Of a DNA stretch of 30,113 bases, positions 1 through 7,116 are shown in pieces (positions within the stretch are counted from its first letter, which is position 1; each line of letters opens with the position of its first letter). The notes below the pieces were generated by a model. That model ran no database searches. It saw nothing but the letters and a program-made list of their open reading frames with translations, and was not told the origin of the DNA. The stretch covers positions 1-30,113 of the IMG/VR virus record IMGVR_UViG_3300032303_001407; one strand, given 5' to 3'. This DNA comes from a virus. Taxonomy: Duplodnaviria > Caudoviricetes. The position numbers and the translations under genes are program-made.

Positions 1-1
1 T

Positions 2-214
2 CGCTCTTGGAATAACACTCTTAATGTTGATTTTGACATCATCACTAAAGAGGGAACTTTCCCATCAGAACCTGAGAAGGACTACGAAGTAATCCACCGC
101 CACTCATACAATGAGATGAAAGAGGAAATGGAAAACGCAATTCGTATTCTTAAAATGACAGATGAGGAAGTAGTTAGCACTTCTACTTACAATGCTGTTG
201 CTCGTTACCTATAA
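2..214 (+). CDS. Hypothetical phage protein, 3' part (truncated by window edge)
   Basis: Frame 2 is open from the edge to TAA 212-214 (...RILKMTDEEVVSTSTYNAVARYL*). Confidence 0.75.
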   Translation, partial: RSWNNTLNVDFDIITKEGTFPSEPEKDYEVIHRHSYNEMKEEMENAIRILKMTDEEVVSTSTYNAVARYL

Positions 215-230
215 CTAAATAACGAAACAG

Positions 231-430
231 GGGCAGTTTAGAGAGTGTTCTCGCCCAATGTCGTAAGTAAGAACTCTCACAATTTTCTCCCCTGCGTTCC
301 ACGCTATTTATAGCAAGAGTCCCCTGGGGGGATTTCGCCAGGCTGATTAGGGCGATAATAGAAATACTATAGAGCAGGGGTACTGCAGCCCCAAAGAAGC
401 AGACATCCTGAGCAGGATCCAAAAAGGCTC
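231..430. ncRNA. Structured intergenic region containing several H-type pseudoknots
   Basis: GGGG-TACTGCAG-CCCC-AAAGAA-GCAG (377-402,+); ATC-CTGAGCAG-GAT-CCAAAAAG-GCTC (405-430,+); long-loop variant on - strand at 231-278. Confidence 0.5.
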
Positions 431-443
431 CCCGCAAGGGTCC

Positions 444-473
444 TTGACAATTGTCAGTGGTACCTAGTACAAT
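444..473 (+). promoter_or_regulatory. Sigma70-like early promoter with TGTCAG spacer element
   Basis: TTGACA 444-449, 18 bp spacer, TACAAT 468-473; TGTCAG at 452. Confidence 0.65.
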
Positions 474-504
474 TAATTTAAACAACAAACAGAAAGAGGC
501 CCCC

Positions 505-930
505 ATGGACCAGAATACAATATACCCAACAGTCATAAATGCAACAGAAGATTTTCTTAAGTCAGAAATTGCAAAGAAAGATGAACGTATTGCTCAACTT
601 GAAGAGCACATTCAAAAAGTAACTCAGCGCTCATATGCGGATTCTGCAGACCGTAACCGTCTAACAGAAGCAATGCAAGAATGGACACTTGAAGCGTTGG
701 CCCAAGGTTCAATTAATGAAACAGAAGCAGAAGAAATTGCAGAAATTGTTGGCTTTGATTTAACAAAAGAATTTGAAGTTGAAGTCACAGTTATGTATTC
801 AGTCACCGTTAATGCACGTGACGAAGAGTCTGCACAGAATGCAATTCATGATATCGATTTTGATACCGTTGATTACAACAGTGATTCAATTGCTTATCTA
901 TCATCTTCAATTGATAGAGTAGATTTTTAG
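505..930 (+). CDS. Hypothetical phage protein (acidic, coiled-coil N-terminus)
   Basis: ORF; ATG 505 follows AGAAAGAGG SD and lies downstream of the promoter. Confidence 0.8.
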   Translation: MDQNTIYPTVINATEDFLKSEIAKKDERIAQLEEHIQKVTQRSYADSADRNRLTEAMQEWTLEALAQGSINETEAEEIAEIVGFDLTKEFEVEVTVMYSVTVNARDEESAQNAIHDIDFDTVDYNSDSIAYLSSSIDRVDF

Positions 931-946
931 TAGGGGGCTACTAAAT

Positions 947-1006
947 AGACATGTCGGATGTCTCTAAACTAGGCAAGGGACCTAAGCACGTCCACGTAAA
1001 CTGCTT
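947..1006 (+). ncRNA. Tandem small pseudoknot motifs
   Basis: GGAC-CTAAGCAC-GTCC-ACGTAAAC-TGCTT (978-1006) preceded by a degenerate copy (947-975) and a TTTAGTAG/CTACTAAA hairpin. Confidence 0.6.
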
Positions 1007-1061
1007 TTTTGTTTTAAAATTTGCCAGCCCATTTTTTTAGAAATGTCAAATGAAACGCCGA

Positions 1062-1077
1062 TGTGTTTAAGATCACA
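1062..1077. promoter_or_regulatory. CRP/GlxR-like box
   Basis: TGTGT-TTAAGA-TCACA, one mismatch to TGTGA-N6-TCACA. Confidence 0.5.
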
Positions 1078-1117
1078 CCTAAAAATGTCCATATTGTCTA
1101 TGTTTAACTATACCGAT

Positions 1118-1146
1118 TTGCATATGTCAGCCCAGACTGCTACACT
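1118..1146 (+). promoter_or_regulatory. Sigma70-like promoter with TGTCAG spacer element
   Basis: TTGCAT-17bp-TACACT; TGTCAG at 1125, same offset from the -10 as in the 444 promoter. Confidence 0.6.
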
Positions 1147-1177
1147 TAGAATATCAACAACAGAAAGAAGGAAAATC

Positions 1178-2200
1178 GTGGCTCACGACTTAGAAACACA
1201 AAACGGCGTTGCATCTTTTGCATCATTCCGTGAACCTGCTTGGCACGGATTGGGAACAGTCTTCACCGAGGAAAAAACAACATCGGAAATGCTTTCATTA
1301 GCAAATCTTAATAATTGGAATGTTCGCTTAGAGGATTTGGAAACCCCTACACATTTAACAAGCGACAAGAATTACCAATATGTATTGCGAACAAATCCTA
1401 CCGATAACTCTCAGACCGACATTCTTGGTGTCGTTGGTGAGCGCTATCACGTTCTGCAGAATGAAGATTTATTCTCATTCGGTGATAACATTCTTGACGG
1501 TGGTGGTCGTTGGGAAACTGCTGGTTCAATTAAGGGTGGTCGTGTTGTGTTCGGTGCTTTAGCACTAGAGCGTGAAACAATTCTTGACCCTAATGGTGTA
1601 AGCGATAAGGTAAAAACTTATTTGCTCATCAACACATCTCACGATGGTTCTATCGCTATTCAAGCAAGTATCACACCCGTTCGTGTTGTATGCGCTAACA
1701 CTCTTAACCTTGCTCTCGGTGGCGTAGGTCGTAAGAAGAATAAGGGAATCAAGCAATCATTCAAGATTCGCCACACACAAACCGCTAATGGTAAAGTTCA
1801 AATTGCTCGTGAGACTCTTGGTCTTGCTAACGCATACATGGACGAATTTGATATTATGGCAAAAGCCATGATTGAAAAGGAAGTCAATGCGATTGATTTC
1901 AACAAAATCATTCTTGCTGCTTATCCTAAGCCTGAAAAAGATGCTAAGGGTGCTTTCAAGAAATGGGAAAACAAGGTAGATGTCATCAACGATATTTACA
2001 CTGGTGAATTTAATGGAATGATTGCGGGTAATGCGTGGGGTGCGTTCAATGCACTAACTGAGCGCCTTGACTGGTATCGTTCTGCTCGTGGTGGTTCTAA
2101 CGAATCCATTCTCGCATCAGCATCAGGATTTGACCCTGCAATTAACGCAGAAAAAAATCGTTTGCTAAAAGTTGTGCAAGGCGTAATGTCTCTCGCATAA
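1178..2200 (+). CDS. DUF932 family phage/plasmid protein
   Basis: Motifs REPAWHGLG, WETAGS, NTSHDGS, TPVRVVCANTL, IRHT; GTG start after AAGGA SD. Confidence 0.9.
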   Translation: MAHDLETQNGVASFASFREPAWHGLGTVFTEEKTTSEMLSLANLNNWNVRLEDLETPTHLTSDKNYQYVLRTNPTDNSQTDILGVVGERYHVLQNEDLFSFGDNILDGGGRWETAGSIKGGRVVFGALALERETILDPNGVSDKVKTYLLINTSHDGSIAIQASITPVRVVCANTLNLALGGVGRKKNKGIKQSFKIRHTQTANGKVQIARETLGLANAYMDEFDIMAKAMIEKEVNAIDFNKIILAAYPKPEKDAKGAFKKWENKVDVINDIYTGEFNGMIAGNAWGAFNALTERLDWYRSARGGSNESILASASGFDPAINAEKNRLLKVVQGVMSLA

Positions 2201-2205
2201 TAAAA

Positions 2206-2233
2206 AATTCCTGAGCAAGAATTAAAACTGCTC
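2206..2233 (+). ncRNA. Small H-type pseudoknot motif
   Basis: AATTC-CTGAGCAA-GAATT-AAAAC-TGCTC, between the DUF932 stop and tRNA-Asp. Confidence 0.65.
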
Positions 2234-2238
2234 CGCAT

Positions 2239-2312
2239 GGTCCGTTAGAATAGTTGGTTAGTTCGCCACCCTGTCACGGTGGAGGTCACGGGTTCAAGTC
2301 CCGTACGGATCG
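2239..2312 (+). tRNA. tRNA-Asp(GTC)
   Basis: Acceptor GGTCCGT/ACGGATC, anticodon arm CCACC-CTGTCAC-GGTGG, GGTTCAAGTCC T arm. Confidence 0.95.
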
Positions 2313-2355
2313 CAATTAAATAAATATGCATCGCAGTGCATAAACGGGCCAGCCA

Positions 2356-2371
2356 TGTGATCAAATTCACA
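2356..2371. promoter_or_regulatory. CRP/GlxR-like box
   Basis: Perfect TGTGA-TCAAAT-TCACA upstream of the promoter at 2401. Confidence 0.6.
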
Positions 2372-2400
2372 TTTTTAAATAAATTTGATTACGTAAGAAC

Positions 2401-2429
2401 TTGACATTTCCCGAAAACCATGCGACAAT
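2401..2429 (+). promoter_or_regulatory. Sigma70-like promoter, leaderless transcript
   Basis: TTGACA-17bp-GACAAT, ATG 6 nt downstream. Confidence 0.65.
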
Positions 2430-2435
2430 TAATAC

Positions 2436-2600
2436 ATGACCCAAACAATAAGAACTATTGACGAATTAGTCAATGAGATGTACATGGACAATGAGGCACA
2501 TCTCGAATACATGGAGAACATGAACGGTGGGGATTGTGATTGTAACATCCACACTACCTTAAATACAATTGTCAAATACTGGTGGGATGAAAGGGAATGA
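2436..2600 (+). CDS. Small hypothetical protein (54 aa)
   Basis: MTQTIRTIDELVNEM...GGDCDCNIH; leaderless start; stop overlaps next start. Confidence 0.65.
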   Translation: MTQTIRTIDELVNEMYMDNEAHLEYMENMNGGDCDCNIHTTLNTIVKYWWDERE

Positions 2601-2749
2601 TGTTAGGATATACTAAAATAGAGTTAGATGAAATGATTAACTCAGTTGGTACCGCTCATGATTACACAACAGATAAAACTGTTTCTGATGGTTTGGCTAA
2701 GACCTATGCATTCCTCCAGGGGCTATGGGCAGAAGGGTACTTTGACTAA
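2597..2749 (+). CDS. Small hypothetical protein (50 aa)
   Basis: MMLGYTK...FLQGLWAEGYFD; coupled to both neighbours. Confidence 0.65.
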   Translation: MMLGYTKIELDEMINSVGTAHDYTTDKTVSDGLAKTYAFLQGLWAEGYFD

Positions 2750-2988
2750 TGTGGACTAAGTTTACTTATCTATGTACCGACTGTGATGCTCTTATAGAGA
2801 TTACTGCATCTGTTGAGCCTCAGATTGATCCCGCCTGTATTTGCCATGCATCATCACATGTAATCTTATTAAACAAGTTTGATGCTACTGTTACTCATGT
2901 AGACGAAGATCCAACTCCTGACTATGAACCTGTGATTAAGGTCACACCCTCTCGGCTTGTAAAAATCAACTCAAACCCCTATAATTAA
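2749..2988 (+). CDS. Hypothetical Cys-containing protein
   Basis: ORF with CTDC and CIC; TAATG coupling. Confidence 0.65.
   Translation: MWTKFTYLCTDCDALIEITASVEPQIDPACICHASSHVILLNKFDATVTHVDEDPTPDYEPVIKVTPSRLVKINSNPYN
2931..2985 (+). promoter_or_regulatory. CRP-like box plus leaderless promoter
   Basis: TGTGA-TTAAGG-TCACA (2931-2946); TTGTAA-17bp-TATAAT (2957-2985); ATG at 2992. Confidence 0.6.
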
Positions 2989-2991
2989 TAT

Positions 2992-3144
2992 ATGGACCTA
3001 GAAACCTTTAAGCAATACCTAAACCTGCACCTTATAAGTCTTGAACAAGACCTTGAAGAAAACCCTGCTTCTATTCATGTGGTAGATATTGAGGGACAAA
3101 TCTATGCTGTTAAACATCTGATTGAGGTTATCAATGAGCGATAA
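2992..3144 (+). CDS. Small hypothetical protein (50 aa)
   Basis: MDLETFKQYLNLHLISLEQDLE...; leaderless start. Confidence 0.65.
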   Translation: MDLETFKQYLNLHLISLEQDLEENPASIHVVDIEGQIYAVKHLIEVINER

Positions 3145-3373
3145 GTATCCCTTCATCCCCGACTATTTAACTAAAGCATTAGAGGACACATCTATACCAC
3201 TAATAGATCTAATGCATGGTTACTTAAAGCAAGAGATGTTAGTAGTTGAAGAAGAGATGAAAAATAACCCTGATAGGTTTTTTCAGGGGTACATAGAGGC
3301 CTTGACAAATTGCTATGTTATGACCTATAATTTATCTATAGACAGAAAACACATAGAGGAGACCCAAGTATGA
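3134..3373 (+). CDS. Hypothetical protein
   Basis: ORF with GAGG SD; part of an overlapping gene run. Confidence 0.7.
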   Translation: MSDKYPFIPDYLTKALEDTSIPLIDLMHGYLKQEMLVVEEEMKNNPDRFFQGYIEALTNCYVMTYNLSIDRKHIEETQV

Positions 3374-3609
3374 CCCCACAAGAAAAACTTAAACATCACA
3401 TTGATGAATCATGGGATGTGTATGTTCGTCTACATAAGGCTGAGATTGAATCAGGTTACGATGATGCAATGGATGGCTTTGAACGTAAAGAAGCAGAGGG
3501 CTACGCATGTGGTCTTGAAGCAGCATATCAAATAGTCTATGGTGAAATCTACGAGGGAGAAGCAAGAGATTTTGACCCTTATGAATTTGAGGATTCTTTA
3601 AATGGATAA
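3370..3609 (+). CDS. Hypothetical protein
   Basis: ORF with ATGA overlap and GAGGAG SD. Confidence 0.7.
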   Translation: MTPQEKLKHHIDESWDVYVRLHKAEIESGYDDAMDGFERKEAEGYACGLEAAYQIVYGEIYEGEARDFDPYEFEDSLNG

Positions 3610-4036
3610 CTTCATTGAAATGGATTTTGATGAGTGGTTTGATAAATACAAGCCAATCCCTAATAATATAGACAAGAATGCTTCATTCGATGGACACATG
3701 TTTGAAACATATGGAGCAGAGGTAGAGTTTGTTAAGAAGGCCCACCCTGATTATATCTGGATGTATGGGGATGGAGATGACGGTGGTACCTATATTTGGA
3801 GTGGTTGGCATTTTGTTAATCGAATAGGATACTTTATCACTGAGGTACCGTGCCCACCTGACACGACCATTCAGGTCTTGGTTGGTCATAACTGGTTTTA
3901 TTGCGAGAATTGTCAAGCAGAGTTTGAGGACCCTGATAATATAATCAGAGATGCCTTTGATGAGCACGATTTGGAAAAATGTCCTAACTGTGCTACACTT
4001 GATGAAATGACCCTAGTAGGAATGGATAAAAAATGA
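3602..4036 (+). CDS. Hypothetical protein with C-terminal zinc ribbon
   Basis: GWHFVNRIGYFITE motif; CENC...CPNC. Confidence 0.75.
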   Translation: MDNFIEMDFDEWFDKYKPIPNNIDKNASFDGHMFETYGAEVEFVKKAHPDYIWMYGDGDDGGTYIWSGWHFVNRIGYFITEVPCPPDTTIQVLVGHNWFYCENCQAEFEDPDNIIRDAFDEHDLEKCPNCATLDEMTLVGMDKK

Positions 4037-4368
4037 AAACATCAATTAGTGGGCTAACATACATTGGCTCTTTCTCAGTAGACTCAGGACAAGCAATTGT
4101 TGGTGACCCTTGCTACCTTGACGAATGGAAATCTTGGGACGACAAGGAACCATTTGAAAATCACCCAAAACATCAAGGTGAGTATGGCTATCTTGGTGCC
4201 TCAAACGCAACATTAACTGAAGGCTTTGGTGACTTAGGTATTGGTCGAGCCGTTGCCTTCTCTACTGGTTATGGTGACGGTATTTATCCTGTCTACGCAG
4301 AACTAGACGGAACTCGTGTTCTAAAGATTATTATTGATTTTGATAATGAAGATGAGGATGATGAATAA
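4033..4368 (+). CDS. DUF4241-like protein
   Basis: VDSGQ...DPCY and FSTGYGDGIYPVY motifs. Confidence 0.65.
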   Translation: MKTSISGLTYIGSFSVDSGQAIVGDPCYLDEWKSWDDKEPFENHPKHQGEYGYLGASNATLTEGFGDLGIGRAVAFSTGYGDGIYPVYAELDGTRVLKIIIDFDNEDEDDE

Positions 4369-4553
4369 TGCCTAAGTATATTATAACTGCAACACGAGAA
4401 ACTTACTATGAGATTGATATTGACGCTGACAGTGAAGATCAGGCTATAGCAGAGATTGAACGTATTGAACGTGATGAAGATATTGAAATTTATGCCAGTG
4501 ACTGGTATCCTTTAGAAGTACAATCAGTTGAAGAATTAGACGAAGAGGAATAA
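4368..4553 (+). CDS. Small acidic hypothetical protein
   Basis: ORF with TAATG coupling. Confidence 0.65.
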   Translation: MPKYIITATRETYYEIDIDADSEDQAIAEIERIERDEDIEIYASDWYPLEVQSVEELDEEE

Positions 4554-4554
4554 A

Positions 4555-4905
4555 ATGGGAGCACGGATTAATTACGTATTCAAGGATTCTCTAGAGGGTC
4601 CTAGTGTAGTACTTTATAGCCACTGGGGACAGGATGGCTGGGAGACTGACATTGCTGCAGCGCTAGAGCATGCCAAACCCCGCTGGTCGGATTCTTCATA
4701 TGGCACCCGCATGATGATTAGTTATCTTATTCAACACAATGTATTGGATGAGACTGGATTTGGTATCTATGCAGTCAATGGCGAGAACTATGACCTAGGT
4801 GAACAAACCGTAGTTATCGACTTTGTTAATAAGACTGTTACTGATAATGTACCTGTATCATGGGATAAATTTGTGGCCGCTTATTCGCCACTTATCAACG
4901 CCTAG
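4555..4905 (+). CDS. Hypothetical phage protein
   Basis: ORF with GAGGA SD; MGAR...LYSHWG. Confidence 0.75.
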   Translation: MGARINYVFKDSLEGPSVVLYSHWGQDGWETDIAAALEHAKPRWSDSSYGTRMMISYLIQHNVLDETGFGIYAVNGENYDLGEQTVVIDFVNKTVTDNVPVSWDKFVAAYSPLINA

Positions 4906-4932
4906 AGAGGGGTCTACTAGGCTGATACAAAG

Positions 4933-4978
4933 GTGGGGCGTAGGACTGTTGCCTGTCTTGCGCCCCCCTTACTTTTTT
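4933..4978 (+). terminator. Probable intrinsic terminator
   Basis: GGGGCG...CGCCCC stem followed by a T tract. Confidence 0.5.
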
Positions 4979-5002
4979 GGTATAATGGAATAGAGGAGAG
5001 AT

Positions 5003-5224
5003 ATGACTTACAGTCTACGCAGAAAGCCTGAGATGACTAAAGAGATTCGTTACGCAGAAAGAATTGCCAAACTCCTCAACGAGGATATGGGATTAAACCT
5101 AGAAGCGGTTGGATTTCATTTAGTTCGCAACAACCCTATAATTTCATACAAAAGACTAGAAGTTTTGAGTTTGATGGCAGGGGAAGAATATGATACACTT
5201 ATGGAAGAGATGAAAGGTAATTAA
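5003..5224 (+). CDS. Hypothetical protein
   Basis: ORF with GAGGAG SD and upstream TG-TATAAT. Confidence 0.7.
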   Translation: MTYSLRRKPEMTKEIRYAERIAKLLNEDMGLNLEAVGFHLVRNNPIISYKRLEVLSLMAGEEYDTLMEEMKGN

Positions 5225-5227
5225 ATT

Positions 5228-5518
5228 ATGGCAACACCTAGCGCAGACAAGGCAGCAATACTATCCCAATTTTGGATGGAATTTAGAGATGACGCAGCAC
5301 TAAAAGAGTTTGTTGAGTTCAATGACATGGGCTTACCATTAGCATTTTTTATTGCATCAGGAATTGTACAAGAGTCACCAATGTCAGAAACTTACATAGC
5401 AGAAACATTTGATTTATTTTTAATTGCTTTAGAAATCACTGAAGATGAAATTGAAGGTTTGCAATCGCTTAATGAAGTATTAGATTATGCAAGATCTAAA
5501 AAAGAAGGCGACGTCTAA
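5228..5518 (+). CDS. Hypothetical protein
   Basis: ORF of 96 aa directly after the previous gene. Confidence 0.7.
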   Translation: MATPSADKAAILSQFWMEFRDDAALKEFVEFNDMGLPLAFFIASGIVQESPMSETYIAETFDLFLIALEITEDEIEGLQSLNEVLDYARSKKEGDV

Positions 5519-5593
5519 CAAGTTTGGCACACATCCTGCTACGGCAGGAGTGGCGCCAGCCACACTATCATATCAAACCATATTTGTCAAACC

Positions 5594-5719
5594 TTATTAC
5601 GAACAAACTTTATTTTTTCCAGATCGCTGGCTCAAACAATTTTTGTAAAACTTTATTACGAAATTGAAAAAATTTTCCAGATTCATGGTTTATTACGAAA
5701 AGTCTAAAATTTTCCAGAT
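5594..5719 (+). repeat. Three bipartite direct repeats TTATTACGAA-N10/11-TTTTCCAGAT (iteron/operator-like)
   Basis: Copies at 5594-5624, 5653-5682 and 5690-5719. Confidence 0.8.
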
Positions 5720-5800
5720 TCCTAGCCAAACCTTATATCATACAAACCTTTGTTTGTCAAACAACATATAAAAAATAATATATAATGTTATACTGTATAT

Positions 5801-6016
5801 ATGTCTAGAGATCACTTTGCAAAGATGTATAAAAGCACATCAAAAAGGCATGATTCTTTATCTGACTCAGAGCAATTTAATTCTGATGTCAAACATCTAT
5901 GTGGTATGTTGTATAGTGTTATAACTCTTAAGGCTTTCTTTCCTAAATCCCCTGCCAGCGCAATGTCTAATAATACTATCGAAGATCCCGCTGCAGTCGG
6001 GGATCAAAAAGAATAA
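5801..6016 (+). CDS. Hypothetical protein within putative origin region
   Basis: ORF with leaderless TATACT-N6-ATG. Confidence 0.55.
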   Translation: MSRDHFAKMYKSTSKRHDSLSDSEQFNSDVKHLCGMLYSVITLKAFFPKSPASAMSNNTIEDPAAVGDQKE

Positions 6017-6171
6017 CCAAACCTACCATAAACAAACACTATAGTATCTGAAACAAACCTTTTGAATTGTTTTGGATATTTTTTATATCTTTTGAAATAA
6101 AACATTACGATAATAAAACATTTTTCCCCAAATTTGGATATTTTGTCATAGTGTTTTGTATCAAAACATAC

Positions 6172-6200
6172 TTGACAAACACAATTGTTTGGTATATAAT
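6172..6200 (+). promoter_or_regulatory. Consensus sigma70 promoter
   Basis: TTGACA-17bp-TATAAT. Confidence 0.7.
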
Positions 6201-6381
6201 GCATGCCCCATATATGATTTGACAAAGGTTTGGATATGTGATAGGAGGTTTGGATGTTTGGGGATAGGAGAAAGATTGTTTGGGCATTACGAAGCGCCCT
6301 CTTAAAAATGTTCCAGTCTCCACTATCCTCCACTTCACTCCACTTCTAACATATCTAATAATGTTATCAGTAACATATTTC

Positions 6382-6402
6382 TGTGGATAAACCTGTGGAT
6401 AA
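6382..6402 (-). promoter_or_regulatory. Two perfect DnaA boxes (TTATCCACA); putative replication origin
   Basis: TGTGGATAA at 6382-6390 and 6394-6402, next to an AT-rich tract and three CTCCACT repeats. Confidence 0.7.
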
Positions 6403-6422
6403 CTTTATGCTATGATAGATAC

Positions 6423-6530
6423 ATGCCTATCGTATTATGCTTTGACTGTGGGGGTACTTATGAAGTTTCCTATGGACAAGAAAAGCCAACCAAACAGTGC
6501 CCTAAGTGTCATGGTATACTGAATAAATGA
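6423..6530 (+). CDS. Zinc-ribbon microprotein (35 aa)
   Basis: MPIVLCFDCGG...CPKCHG; leaderless start. Confidence 0.55.
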   Translation: MPIVLCFDCGGTYEVSYGQEKPTKQCPKCHGILNK

Positions 6531-6643
6531 AAACAACATATAAATGTCCAGAGTGTAAGACAACTATCGCTATCTCAACAACAGTTCATACACTACCAGA
6601 ATCAATTATCTGTCCTTGTGACGCAGTAATGCCAAAGTCATAA
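6527..6643 (+). CDS. Zinc-ribbon microprotein (38 aa)
   Basis: MKTTYKCPEC...ICPC; leaderless start. Confidence 0.55.
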   Translation: MKTTYKCPECKTTIAISTTVHTLPESIICPCDAVMPKS

Positions 6644-6958
6644 ATTACCTTTAATTGACTTATTAACCAAACGGATCAAACTCTTCTTACTTATTCGTGA
6701 TGCATCAAATGTCTCTGTATAACCACCTTGTGGCATATCTTCCTTACTTAAAAATGGTTTATGTTTCTTACTAAGTATATCTATTACTATGGATTCTATG
6801 GCTCTTGCCTTATCCCGTTCGAAAAAATGCCAATAGGCTACTAATACCCACCCCTTGGTCTTGTGTGCTGCAAACCTCTTGCCTGATATGTCTGATATGC
6901 CTACCTTAACAGCCTTGTGAATAGGACTGTATAAAATATATAAAATTGCCTCATCCAT
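6638..6958 (-). CDS. GIY-YIG superfamily (T5orf172/MUG113-like) nuclease domain protein
   Basis: LYILY...VKVGIS...R, A.AIE, GYTETF. Confidence 0.65.
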   Translation of the reverse strand: MDEAILYILYSPIHKAVKVGISDISGKRFAAHKTKGWVLVAYWHFFERDKARAIESIVIDILSKKHKPFLSKEDMPQGGYTETFDASRISKKSLIRLVNKSIKGNL

Positions 6959-6980
6959 AGGTTTATGGTATCATTGTTAT

Positions 6981-7115
6981 ATGGTATGCACACATTCATA
7001 TGAATTAGATCTTGATGGATTGGTAATTTGTGCTGTCTGCAAACATGTAGTTGATGAACCTAAAATATATCAAAATGTAGATATTTTTGAAAGTCAAATG
7101 AGTTTTGAGGAATAA
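6981..7115 (+). CDS. Cys/His microprotein (44 aa)
   Basis: MVCTH...CAVC; leaderless start. Confidence 0.55.
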   Translation: MVCTHSYELDLDGLVICAVCKHVVDEPKIYQNVDIFESQMSFEE

Positions 7116-7116
7116 T

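Noticed and set aside
183-536. 117-aa - strand ORF
   Set aside because: Overlaps two + strand genes, a promoter and structured RNA; no protein signature
978-1006. preQ1-I riboswitch or hammerhead ribozyme call for the pseudoknot motif
   Set aside because: Lacks preQ1 ligand-binding consensus and queuosine-gene context; lacks the CUGANGA/GAAA three-way junction of hammerheads
5594-5719. CRISPR mini-array
   Set aside because: Repeats are split, have variable interiors and irregular spacing; no cas genes in the window
6004-6338. Two - strand ORFs in the putative origin
   Set aside because: No recognisable motifs, and they overlap promoters and repeats; likely spurious
6638-6958. Intron-borne homing endonuclease
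   Set aside because: Single short domain, free-standing, with no interrupted gene or intron core visible
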